A stretch of DNA of 64,000 bases from Octopus sinensis (taxonomy: Eukaryota). The notes below the pieces were generated by a model. The model did not search any database and was not told the DNA's origin. It worked only from the letters and a program-made list of their open reading frames with translations. Numbering within the stretch: the stretch's first letter is position 1; every line of letters starts with the position of its first letter. This document shows positions 50,901 to 63,990 of the stretch, one piece after another. Position numbers and translations under genes: made by a program. The stretch lies in contig NC_043006.1 of NCBI RefSeq assembly GCF_006345805.1, positions 16,988,001 to 17,052,000 of the forward strand, in the 5' to 3' direction.

Positions 50901-53900
50901 CATACACTTATACCACAAGCACACATATACATAAAAGATCTTTTCTCAGACATTGGTTGGCATGGAGTAAAGCAAAATACATCTGCATAAGCATACACTT
51001 ATACACACGCATACATAAAAGATCTTTTCTCAGACATTGGTTGGCATGGAGTAAAGCAAAATACATCTGCATAAGCATACACTTATACACACGCATACAT
51101 AAAAGATCTTTTCTCAGACATTGGTTGGCATGGAGTAAAGCAAAATACATCTGCATAAGCATACACTTATACACACGCATACATAAAAGATCTTTTCTCA
51201 GACATTGGTTGGCATGGAGTAAAGCAAAATACATCTGCATAAGCATACACTTATACACACGCATACATAAAAGATCTTTTCTCAGACATTGGTTGGCATG
51301 GAGTAAAGCAAAATACATCTGCATAAGCATACACTTATACACACGCATACATAAAAGATCTTTTCTCAGGCATTGGTTGGCATGGAGTAAAGCAAAATAC
51401 ATCTGCATAAGCATACACTTATACACACGCATACATAAAAGATCTTTTCTCAGACATTGGTTGGCATGGAGTAAAGCAAAATACATCTGCATAAGCATAC
51501 ACTTATACACACGCATACATAAAAGATCTTTTCTCAGACATTGGTTGGCATGGAGTAAAGCAAAATACATCTGCATAAGCATACACTTATACACACGCAT
51601 ACATAAAAGATCTTTTCTCAGGCATTGGTTGGCATGGAGTAAAGCAAAATACATCTGCATAAGCATACACTTATACACACGCATACATAAAAGATCTTTT
51701 CTCAGGCATTGGTTGGCATGGAGTAAAGCAAAATACATCTGCATAAGCATACACTTATACACACGCATACATAAAAGATCTTTTCTCAGGCATTGGTTGG
51801 CATGGAGTAAAGCAAAATACATCTGCATAAGCATACACTTATACACACGCATACATAAAAGATCTTTTCTCAGACATTGGTTGGCATGGAGTAAAGCAAA
51901 ATACATCTGCATAAGCATACACTTATACACACGCATACATAAAAGATCTTTTCTCAGACATTGGTTGGCATGGAGTAAAGCAAAATACATCTGCATAAGC
52001 ATACACTTATACACACGCATACATAAAAGATCTTTTCTCAGACATTGGTTGCATGGAGTAAAGCAAAATACATCTGCATAAGCATACACTTATACACACG
52101 CATACATAAAAGATCTTTTCTCAGACATTGGTTGGCATGGAGTAAGCAAAATACATCTGCATAAGCATACACTTATACACACGCATACATAAAAGATCTT
52201 TTCTCAGGCATTGGTTGGCATGGAGTAAAGCAAATACATCTGCATAAGCATACACTTATACACACGCATACATAAGATCTTTTCTCAGACATTGGTTGGC
52301 ATGGAGTAAAGCAAATACAATCTGCATAAGCATACACTTATACACCACGCATACATAAAAATCTTTCCTCAGACATTGGTTGGCATGGAGTAAAGCAAAA
52401 TACATCTGCATAAGCATACACTTATACACACGCATACATAAAGATCTTTTCTCAGACATTGGTTGGCATGGAGTAAAGCAAAATACATCTGCATAAGCAT
52501 ACACTTATACACACGCATACATAAAAGATCTTTTCTCAGGCATTGGTTGGCATGGAGTAAAGCAAAATACATCTGCATAAGCATACACTTATACACACGC
52601 ATACATAAAAATCTTTTCTCAGGCATTGGTTGGCATGGAGTAAAGCAAATACATCTGCATAAGCATACACTTATACACACACGCATACATAAAGATCTTT
52701 TCTCAGACATTGGTTGGCATGGAGTAAAGCAAAATACATCTGCATAAGCATACACTTATACACACGCATACATAAAAGATCTTTTCTCAGACATTGGTTG
52801 GCATGGAGTAAAGCAAAATACATCTGCATAAGCATACACTTATACACACGCATACATAAAAGATCTTTTCTCAGACATTGGTTGGCATGGAGTAAAGCAA
52901 AATACATCTGCATAAGCATACACTTATACACAACACACGCATACATAAAAGATCTTTTCTCAGACATTGGTTGGCATGGAGTAAGCAAAATACATCTGCA
53001 TAAGCATACACTTATACACACGCATACATAAAAGATCTTTTCTCAGGCATTGGTTGGCATGGAGTAAAGCAAAATACATCTGCATAAGCATACACTTATA
53101 CACACGCATACATAAAAATCTTTTCTTCTCAGACATTGGTTGGCATGGAGTAAAGCAAAATACATCTGCATAAGCATACACTTATACACACGCATACATA
53201 AAAGATCTTTTCTCAGACATTGGTTGGCATGGAGTAAAGCAAAATACATCTGCATAGCATACACTTATACACACGCATACATAAAAGATCTTTTCTCAGG
53301 CATTGGTTGGCATGGAGTAAAGCAAAATACATCTGCATAAGCATACACTTATACACACACGCATACATAAAAGATCTTTTCTCAGACATTGGTTGGCATG
53401 GAGTAAAGCAAAATACATCTGCATAAGCATACACTTATACACACGCATACATAAACATCTTTCTCAGGCATTGGTTGGCATGGAGTAAAGGCAAAATACA
53501 TCTGCATCTGCATACGCATACACTTATACACACGCATACATAAAAGATCTTTTCTCAGGCATTGGTTGGCATGGAGTAAAGCAAAATACATCTGCATAAG
53601 CATACACTTATACACACGCATACATAAAAGATCTTTTCTCAGACATTGGTTGGCATGGAGTAAAGCAAAATACATCTGCATAAGCATACACTTATACACA
53701 CGCATACATAAAAGATCTTTTCTCAGACATTGGTTGGCATGGAGTAAAGCAAAATACATCTGCATAAGCATACACTTATACACACGCATACATAAAAGAT
53801 CTTTTCTCAGACATTGGTTGGCATGGAGTAAAGCAAAATACATCTGCATAAGCATACACTTATACACACGCATACATAAAAGATCTTTTCTCAGACATTG

Positions 53901-55783
53901 GTTGGCATGGAGTAAAGCAAAATACATCTGCATAAGCATACACTTATACACACGCATACATAAAAGATCTTTTCTCAGGCATTGGTTGGCATGGAGTAAA
54001 GCAAAATACATCTGCATAAGCATACACTTATACACACGCATACATAAAAGATCTTTTCTCAGACATTGGTTGGCATGGAGTAAAGCAAAATACATCTGCA
54101 TAAGCATACACTTATACACACGCATACATAAAAGATCTTTTCTCAGGCATTGGTTGGCATGGAGTAAAGCAAAATACATCTGCATAAGCATACACTTATA
54201 CACACGCATACATAAAAGATCTTTTCTCAGACATTGGTTGGCATGGAGTAAAGCAAAATACATCTGCATAAGCATACACTTATACACACGCATACATAAA
54301 AGATCTTTTCTCAGACATTGGTTGGCATGGAGTAAAGCAAAATACATCTGCATAAGCATACACTTATACACACGCATACATAAAAGATCTTTTCTCAGAC
54401 ATTGGTTGGCATGGAGTAAAGCAAAATACATCTGCATAAGCATACACTTATACACACGCATACATAAAAGATCTTTTCTCAGGCATTGGTTGGCATGGAG
54501 TAAAGCAAAATACATCTGCATAAGCATACACTTATACACACGCATACATAAAAGATCTTTTCTCAGACATTGGTTGGCATGGAGTAAAGCAAAATACATC
54601 TGCATAAGCATACACTTATACACACGCATACATAAAATATCTTTTCTCAGGCATTGGTTGGCATGGAGTAAAGCAAAATACATCTGCATAAGCATACACT
54701 TATACACACGCATACATAAGATCTTTTCTCTCAGACATTGGTTGGCATGGAGTAAAGCAAAATACATCTGCATAAGCATACACTTATACACACGCATACA
54801 TAAAAGATCTTTTCTCAGACATTGGTTGGCATGGAGTAAAGCAAAATACATCTGCATAAGCATACACTTATACACACGCATACATAAAAGATCTTTTCTC
54901 AGACATTGGTTGGCATGGAGTAAAGCAAAATACATCTGCATAAGCATACACTTATACACACGCATACATAAAAGATCTTTTCTCAGGCATTGGTTGGCAT
55001 GGAGTAAAGCAAAATACATCTGCATAAGCATACACTTATACACACGCATACATAAAAGATCTTTTCTCAGACATTGGTTGGCATGGAGTAAAGCAAATAC
55101 ATCTGCATAAGCATACACTTATACACACGCATACATAAAAGATCTTTTCTCAGACATTGGTTGGCATGGAGTAAAGCAAAATACATCTGCATAAGCATAC
55201 ACTTATACACACGCATACATAAAATATCTTTTCTCAGGCATTGGTTGGCATGGAGTAAAGCAAAATACATCTGCATAAGCATACACTTATACACACGCAT
55301 ACATAAAAGATCTTTTCTCAGACATTGGTTGGCATGGAGTAAAGCAAAATACATCTGCATAAGCATACACTTATACACACGCATACATAAAAGATCTTTT
55401 CTCAGACATTGGTTGGCATGGAGTAAAGCAAAATACATCTGCATAAGCATACACTTATACACACGCATACATAAAAGATCTTTTCTCAGACATTGGTTGG
55501 CATGGAGTAAAGCAAAATACATCTGCATAAGCATACACTTATACACACGCATACATAAAAGATCTTTTCTCAGACATTGGTTGGCATGGAGTAAAGCAAA
55601 ATACATCTGCATAAGCATACACTTATACACACGCATACATAAAAGATCTTTTCTCAGGCATTGGTTGGCATGGAGTAAAGCAAAATACATCTGCATAAGC
55701 ATACACTTATACACACGCATACATAAAAGATCTTTTCTCAGGCATTGGTTGGCATGGAGTAAAGCAAAATACATCTGCATAAG
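50901..55783. repeat. 84-bp tandem array, about 58 copies
   Basis: Unit ttttctcagacattggttggcatggagtaaagcaaaatacatctgcataagcatacacttatacacacgcatacataaaagatc; 28-aa periodicity in the ORF track; main variant is cagac/caggc. Confidence 0.98.
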
Positions 55784-56015
55784 GCACGGCATAGTGAGAT
55801 TGAACCCAAAGCCCAACAGATTAAAATATAACCTATTGTACTTGTTTATAAAAAGTTATAATTTTCTTTTAATGCTCTAATTTCTACCAAGTCATTAGTG
55901 TGAAAAGTATAACTTATGACTAACAACAATACATAGAAACTGTTTACAATTTAACCAGAAAAAAAGGAATAAGATTTTCTTATAATTTCATTTATATTAT
56001 ATGATTTACTTAATC

Positions 56016-56185
56016 ATCATCATCATCATTTAATGTCCGTTTTCCATGCTAGCATAGGTTGGACGGTTCGACCGGGGTCTGGAAAGCCAGACGGCTGCAC
56101 CAGGCTCCAGTCTGATCTGGCAGTGTTTCTACAGCTGGATGCCCTTCCTAACGCCAGGCACTCCATGAGTGTGGTGGGTGCATTT
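56016..56185 (-). mobile_element. SINE family B, 5'-truncated
   Basis: (CAT)n followed by the reverse of the family B 3' end. Confidence 0.8.
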
Positions 56186-56837
56186 TTTAATAGTGTCGAA
56201 TATTTGACTAACTTATAAACAGAAATATTATGCTGATACCTACTTATTTTTATAAGTTAATCAGAAAGGGTGAAAGTTTGAATGCAGTTACCAGACAGCC
56301 CTGTATACCTGGAGAAATGAGCTCTTAATAGCTGTAACATAAGACAGGCACCATAAGATGAAACCAGAGGGGGCAGAGAAAGTGAGAAAGTGACTGACAT
56401 AAGTTTTTACTTAAAATCACCTAAAGGATTAAACAGTTGTAAGTATGAGATGACAGAATGAAAAAAAAAAGGGTGAGAGATAGTGATGTACAAGGCTCAA
56501 ATTAAAACAAAAACAAAACATAAAACGAAATGTCTTCCCTCAACCCCAACTAATAATGATGTGAGGCATTCTCCCCAGACTATGCATAAACATTTCCCAG
56601 TCCTTCTTCCCAAGATACATATCCCCTGAAACTTTATTCTTACTACTGCTTCCTCACCAACAAACCAGCAAATTTAATTTGAGCATCAATCCAACTGACC
56701 AGTTATTCCAATCCATTTAATTTAGGAGAGATTTAAAATTGTACAGCTTTTGGTCTTTCTTGGGAAAATGAATATCTAACTCAAAGAGAAAAATTTCAGG
56801 TATCATTGCTTCTGTTATATATCACTAACCTTTCTTT

Positions 56838-57192
56838 TAGTTGCTTCATTCACTGGACTGTGACCATGCTGGGGCACCACTTCAAAAGGTTTAGTTGAAC
56901 AAACCCTGCTACTTACTTTTTAAGGCTGGTACTTATTCTATAGGTCTCTTTTTCCTGAATCACTTAGTGGGGATGTAAACAAACCAACACTGATTGTCAA
57001 GTAGTCTGTATGTGTGTGTGGGAGGGGGGCAGAAACACACGTGATAGGTTTTCACACAGTTTCTGTCAACCAAATTCACTCACAAGGCATTGTCGGCCCA
57101 GGACTATAGTTGTCCAAGGGGCCAGGCAATGGGACTGAATCTGAAACCAAGTGGTTGTTTAATGAGCTTCTTAACTACACAGACATACCTGT
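56838..57192 (-). mobile_element. SINE family C, degenerate
   Basis: Reverse complement of the family C body and head. Confidence 0.7.
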
Positions 57193-58130
57193 ACTTTTAT
57201 ATATATAAAAAAAAAAACTGAGCCAATGTGCCAATGTTGCTATCTGTGTGGTCATTTGACTCTCTAGAAATAGCAGTCAAATCTCTATAAAATTACAATC
57301 AGTCATCTAAGAAATGAATGACACTTAGGATAATGTAATCCTAGATACACAAGCTTGAAAACAATAATAAAATGGATGGTCATGGCTGGAATGCTTTTGA
57401 TGATGAGTGTTCACCAGACAGAGCAGACCCGGAGCCAAACAGACAAATATATATTTAAGCAGAAAAATTGAAATTCGTTTGAGTATGTTTACATATTCCA
57501 GTAACTATTTAAAAATACATTTAGATCACCAGTGCATTTCTAAATGTATTTTTAGTCATCTAAGTAGTCACTAGATATTCTGAAAAGATTTAAACATCTA
57601 AAGAAATTAAAATATTTCAAAAATGACAGACAGGTGATTAACATTCCTTTCAACTAGTCAAATATTTTGGACTAACAGTCTTAAGAAGCCGAGACATGTA
57701 TATTGGCCTTCAGAAGTGAAAATATTCAAATAAGCTTGACAGGAGGATTACAAATGTATAATTTATTCCACCATTTTCTTTTCTTTTTTCTTTTATTAAT
57801 TATTTTTGTATAAATTTTATCATATCTTGTGACAAATGAGATACAGGAAATGAGCCAAAACCTAATTAAAAAATGAATAGCATGAAAGTGAATCCATTAT
57901 CATTACAATAAAACATGTATGGCTTTCCAACTGCTTTTGTTGGTAGTTGGTACTTCTCAGATTTCTCTTACTTTTGATACCAACCTATCTGAAAACCTTT
58001 AAGTTCTCTGATACAGAGTTCTATTTTTGGAGGGATCTGAAAACTTTACAACAAACCTTCATATTAGCCCTTTAGCATTTGAACTAGATATAACTGGCCC
58101 AAATATTCTGCCTGCCAGTTTTATGTTTAA

Positions 58131-58351
58131 CCCTTTAGCATTTATACCGGCCATATCCAGCCAAAAGTATTCTGCCTGTTTTATGTTCAAACTGACCAGA
58201 TCTGGTCTCTCACACCAACCCTACAATATCGTTTTAAAAATTAACAGCTACCTCATCAAAATCTCATAGCTACAAGATAATGCATGATTAGTTCAAAACA
58301 ATGTGGATGAAAATGCATTAATTTTGGCAGAATAATGCGAACACTAAAGGG
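58131..58351. mobile_element. piggyBac-like MITE preceded by a partial tandem copy of its left end
   Basis: TTAA|CCCTTTAG...CTAAAGGG|TTAA; related 60-bp stub at about 58064-58125. Confidence 0.7.
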
Positions 58352-59126
58352 TTAAAGCCATCAGAACTGGCCTCTCATGCCTACCTTACAATATCTTTCT
58401 AAAAAGAAACAGTCACATCATCAAAATCTTGAATATAAATAAGCATTACATAATAATGGCTACCACAATTACTAACTCCTTTTCAATTGAGTAGAGACTC
58501 AATCTGGTCTACCTCAGAAGAACCTCACAACTCTTGCCATCTTTGTCACTTAGTTTTGTTAACATTCGAATGCTAAAGAGTTAATTTATGTTCCAAAAAC
58601 TGGCTTGATAATGGCATTTTACCAAACTCTTGATTATTTTATAAATTAATTAAAACTAAGGTAGTGTATTTCAACAGAAATATGGTGATAAAAAGGTTAA
58701 ATTACTTGTCATGTTTACCAGCAACTCTTTGAGGTCCTTAAACTTTTCCAGGCTACTACTACCATGATTCACCTGCCATAATTTCCTTGTACACCAAAGA
58801 CCTCAATTAAAAGCCTTATTTGGAATAATGATCTACAGGACAAGATGGAAAGGTAATTCTATTCTACATGTCAAATTGTAGTACCACATGCAGTAGTACA
58901 CACGTTCTATGTATAATTTCTTGCAGTACACATGCCCTAAGCATAACTTCTTGTACCACTTACTTCTACAACATTGTGTACCTTATAAGGACGAGTTGCT
59001 GACCCAACAATCAAGCCACGTTCAGCATGAATAACAATGATGGATTTTAAAATGTGAGCAATAAAAATACTAGTCAGTTTGATAGTATTGTTGTTGCTTA
59101 TGTCAGTGAACTATACTGCTATGTGG

Positions 59127-59356
59127 CTAGGCGGTAAGCTGGCAGAAACAGCGTGCCGGGCGAAATGCTTAGCAGTATTTCGTCTGCTGTTATTTTCTGA
59201 GTTCAAATTCTGCCGAGGTCGACTTTGCCTTTCATCCTTTCGGGATGGTTAAATAAAGTACCAGTTACGCACAGGGGTCGATGTAATTGACTTAATCCAT
59301 TTGTCTGTCCTTGTCTGTCCCCTCTATGTTTAGCCCCTGTGGGTAATAAAGAAATA
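59127..59356 (+). mobile_element. SINE family A
   Basis: 15-bp TSD tatactgctatgtgg (59112-59126 and 59357-59371). Confidence 0.85.
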
Positions 59357-61840
59357 TATACTGCTATGTGGTGCCAATTTGGAAACAGCTATTAGAAGCC
59401 AAGTGTCTTGGCTGTAATAATGATGACAAGGTATAAGTTTCTCTTGGCTAGCTGTCCAGTAACTCATTAACTTGGTCATCTAAAGCTAATTTCATAATGC
59501 ATTTTTAAAAAAAAAACTCAGTTACATTTTATGTAATTAAAAGTAGTTTAGAAAGTTAATGGCCACCACAATTACTAACCCCTTTTCAACTGAGTAGAGA
59601 CTCAATCTAGTCTACCTCAGGAGAATCTCAGAACTCTTGCCATCTTTGTCACTTAGTTTTTGTTATCGTTTAGATCAAAGTTAACTCTGACCAAGCAAAC
59701 CTATGAGGAAAGACAAGCCAACCATGATCAAATTACCTTTTCCTTAGACATTGCTGTATGTAATACCACATTCTTTTATGTATGTGTGTCATATTTTTTT
59801 TTAAACAGAAAAGTATGATTTGAAAGAGATTTAGTTGCAGGTTGAGCAACTGCATTGGGGCCTCTTTCAGCTTTATGTGCACAATAACTAACCTCATTTC
59901 CCCTCAGCAAAATAAGCATCAGCTGCTTGGACAAGCACTGCACTGCTGACTGACCAGAAAGTTCAGTATTTGAAAGCTAAAGATGCCATCAAGCTTTAAA
60001 ATCTCTGAGTAATTTGTAATAAAATAAAAGAGAAATAGCTTTCAGCAGTGTAAGAGTTATATATTTCTTTAGCTTACATTGATGTGTCTAAGACACACAG
60101 TAATGGCAGCCAATCAATATTGACAGGCTTCCCTGTACAAGAAAAGAAAAATCAGTTTAAACAGAAAGCCATTTCATTGAATGGGCAATAAAACTTAGCC
60201 ACACACTACAACATCTGGCCCACAGACAAAAGCTTATTCACCAACACACTACAATGCCTGGCCTGCCGATAAAGACTTACCAACTCACTATGTCTGGCCC
60301 ATAGATAAAATCTTACCAACTCACTATGTCTGCCTCACAAACAAAGATGTACCAACAGATCATAATGTCTGACCCAGATACTAAACTTAATCTCCAACAC
60401 AATTCAATGAAGACTCACAAAACCAGTGCAATGTCAGGCCCACAGATGTATTGTCTCATCATTCTGTCCATTATCTCATTTTCCATAAGGATGTCTGCTT
60501 CTTGGAACTAATTAACTGCATACCACCTCCACTGAGTTCAACTCAACACACTTGTCTCTCATCCTCTTGTCATCCATACCCTGTCCCTGACTGCTCACAG
60601 TGTGGCACTAACCATCATGCACAATCTTTTTTTTACCCTAAAACATTAAACCTCTGAAATTTATTCCTTGCAGATGGCTGTAGGTGTTCTATTTTATGTA
60701 GTGACTAAAGCATTACATAAAAAAAATTAGTAGCTAACATCCAGAATGAGTTAAAAACTAAACAACTATGAATACAAACAGAGTATTCTTTCTTACATGA
60801 AATGTTTTGTGCATTGCTTATTTTTTAAATCTATTTGTAGGAATGACTAAAATAAGATACAGTATCACCAGTACTGAACAACACTGGACTGGTCTAGAAT
60901 TGAAGAAAATTAAATTTAAAAAAAAAGCCTAAATAGGAACAAAATAAAATTATCAAAAAATATTTGCCAAGTACTTATTCATTCACTTTCCTGGTATTAC
61001 TCCTCTTTTTGCTATCATTTTTTTTTTTTATAAGACAGCTACTATGTTAACTGCAAGAAATAGCAAACAAATCTCCTTCAAATCACACATCCTGTTCTAT
61101 ATGAAATAAGGACTACTTTATCTAATGTTAGTCCTTGACACACTATGTATGACTGACTAACAGTTAGGATGGTCAATAGTGAGCGAGAAGTAAAACAATA
61201 AGCCTATTCGATACTTTTTGCTAACTTTTTTTTCCCAACAGCCCCATCACTCCCCTTAAACACTGCACTCTTCCTTTTCTCTAACCATTCCTTCAAATAA
61301 TTTTGCAACAGCTCAAATTAAACATCAATTCCATTTGGTAAACAGAAACTGAAAGAAGCCTGTTGTATATATGTATATACGTATGTGTGTCATGTTTGTG
61401 TTTGTCCCCCACTTGACAATTGGTACTGGTGCATTGACATCCCTGTAACTTAGCGGTTTGGCAAGAGAGCCCAATAGAATAAGTGCCGTGCTTAAAATAA
61501 TAATAATAAGTGCTGGGATTGATTCATTTGACTAAATAATTTTCCAAGGTGGTGCTCCAGCATGGCTGCAGTCTTATGACTGAGACAAGTAAAAGATAAA
61601 AGATAAATATGTAAATGTATGTTTAGAGGGTAAGAAAAAATATATTAACCACAAGAACTATAAGAGAAATAAACACACACACAAATCTATACATACATAG
61701 GGGGGGGGGTGCTGAAAAGTTCTTGGCTTTAGGAGTAACATGAAAGGCCTGGTTGAAAGCCTGACCTTCTACATTCTTTTACAGGGTTTAGCAAAAATGA
61801 AGGATCATTGCAATAATTGTGTGAATCTGAGATGGGAATA

Positions 61841-62226
61841 TCTCTCTATATATAAACGGCAGTTTGTCTGTGCGTGTTTCTGTGTGTCTGTTTGCTTGTA
61901 CCCTCACCCCGACCACGGCTTTCAACCGATTCTGATGAAACTTGACACACACATAGCCCAATGTCATAATTCAAAACTAACCCAGCGAAAATTTTGAAAA
62001 GTTTCCCCAGTTCTGAAAAAAATCGATAAATTCGACATGGGGTCGAGATTCGGAAACACGAACCACAAACTGTCTAGGGGACGCAGCTCCATCCTTTTTT
62101 GACTCTCAAAAAAATATTTACCATCATTTTTTTCCATTTTTTTGCTATGTTTTGGCTATAACTCTCTAAAAATGCTTTATAGTTATTTCCCTTACAAACC
62201 TGAGCAACGCCGGGCGATACTGCTAG
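61841..62226 (+). mobile_element. Non-autonomous Helitron-like element inserted in a mariner-like MITE
   Basis: A|TC...CTAG|T; the empty site gggaata|tgttg is seen intact at about 62870-62890. Confidence 0.8.
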
Positions 62227-62318
62227 TGTTGGATAAAATCCTCCTGCATTTTCTTTTAACCAAAACCAAGAACTTCTCTGCACCCTTTTGTATGTTTAGA
62301 GGGTAAGAATAAAATATA

Positions 62319-62688
62319 CTAGCAGTATCGCCCGGCGTTGCTCGGGTTTGTAAGGGAAATAACTATAAAGCATTTTTAGAGAGTTATAGCCAAAAAATGG
62401 GAAAAAAATGATGGTAAATTTTTTTTAGTTAAAAAGGTCGAGTTGCGTCCCCTAGACAGTCTGTGGTTTGTGTTTCTAATTCTCGACCCCATGTCGAATT
62501 TATCGATTTTTTTCAGAACTGGGGGAACTTTTCAAAATTTTCTCTGCATTAGTTTTGAATTATGACATTGGGCTATGTGTGTGTCAAGTTTCATCAGAAT
62601 CGGTTGAAAGCCGTGGTCAGGGTGAGGGTACAACCTAACAGACACACAGAAACACACACAGACAAACTGCCGTTTATATATAGAGAGA
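62319..62688 (-). mobile_element. Non-autonomous Helitron-like element (inverted sister of 61841-62226)
   Basis: Reverse-complement copy; the empty site aaatata|ttaaccacaaga is seen intact at about 61640-61655. Confidence 0.8.
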
Positions 62689-62737
62689 TTAACCACAAGA
62701 ACTGTAGGAGAAATAAGCACACACAAATCAATATATA

Positions 62738-62951
62738 TGAGTGGGGTGTTGAAAATTTCCTGGATTTAAGGGTATCATGAAAGGACTGTTTGGAGGCCAA
62801 CTTTTTGAGTTCTTTTACAGAATTTAGAAAAACTAAAGGACCACTGCAATAAGTGTGTGAATCCGAGAGGGGAATATGTTGAATAAAATCATAATTGATC
62901 CTCTTGTATGTTCTTTTACCCAAAGACAGGAACTTTTCAGCACCACCTCGT
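62738..62951. mobile_element. Mariner-like MITE
   Basis: Terminal inverted repeats gagtggggtgttgaaaatttcc / ggaacttttcagcaccacctc; related to the interrupted copy at about 61700-62285. Confidence 0.6.
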
Positions 62952-63504
62952 GTGCTTACAGGGTAAAAATAAACTAGATTAACCACAAGGACTGTAGGAG
63001 AAATAAACACACAGACACACACACACAGAAATCAACACATAGAAGCTTAATCCTTCAGCATTTAGATTACACTGTCTCATGTAATGCATATTGAAATTCT
63101 TCTGAATTTATCATGCATTATTGCGTTGCTTTGAAATTTCAATGATGTGATTGTCTATTTTTAGAATGACATTGTAGGATAAGTGTGAGAGGCTATATCT
63201 GACTAGTCTGAACATAAAATATATGAGATGGTTATGATTCGCTTAAATGCTAAAAAGTTAATCACACAGATGCAGAATCTGCCAAGCTGACATTTACATT
63301 TTTTAATGTAATTAGAATAATTCTTAACTAGAATTTGATTTGATAGCAAAAGTAAATAAACACTAATGTTTAATAATTAAATGTAAAAATAAGACAAGAA
63401 AATTTGACATCTAGATAATAATGAACTGAGAAATTTATATCTGCACAATGATAAACAGCTATTAAATTAACTTCTGAGATATTAATGTAAATGATAATTA
63501 ACAT

Positions 63505-63990
63505 GCATCATCATCCTTTAATGTCTATTTCCCATGATGGCATGAATTTGATTAGAGCTGGTTAGCAGGAGAGCTGCACCAGGTTTCAGTCTGACTTGAC
63601 TTGTTTCCTATGGCTGGGTGCTCTTCCTAACACCAAATACTTTACGGTATTATGTCAGATACTTTAACAGTTCTACCAATACATCATCATTGTTTAATGT
63701 CTGCTTTCCATGCTGGCATGGGTTGGACAGTTTCACATGTCTGTTGTGGTATGGTTTCTACAGCTGGTTGCCAACCACTTAAAAGAGTGTGCTGAGTGCT
63801 TTATATGTACAGGTGCAATTACATAGCATTGGCACAGGTGCTTTTTAAGTGGCACTGGCACCTGAAAAGACAAGTCTGTATGTGTATAAGACAACAGTTT
63901 TACTTAGCTTGACGTGTCTTATCAAGTACAGGAAATTACCTCATCTCCCTGTCCCTTGTCATTTGCTCAGTGAAGCCCAGCATCCGAAGA
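63505..63990 (-). mobile_element. Degenerate family B SINE fragments (two (CAT)n tails)
   Basis: catcatcatcc...tttccatg and catcatcattgtttaatgtctgctttccatgctggcatgggttggac. Confidence 0.55.

Noticed and set aside
50908-55880. ORFs of 239-578 aa on both strands (AWSKAKYICISIHLYTRIHKRSFLRHWL and MQMYFALLHANQCLRKDLLCMRVYKCML repeats)
   Set aside because: Pure translation of the 84-bp tandem unit; the length is divisible by 3, with no unique flanking coding sequence or splice context.
56307-56365. CAG|gtatac donor-like site as a candidate first exon
   Set aside because: The phase-0 frame lacks an ATG; the ATG frames stop or end in phase 2.
57511-57553. 15-bp perfect inverted repeat with a 13-nt loop (and small palindromes at about 47345-47380)
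   Set aside because: Very AT-rich and short, plausibly by chance, with no supporting context.
58944-59060. Open minus-strand frame ending at GAA|gtaagt as a candidate UVRAG first exon
   Set aside because: No in-frame ATG or acceptor nearby and no similarity to the UVRAG N-terminus.
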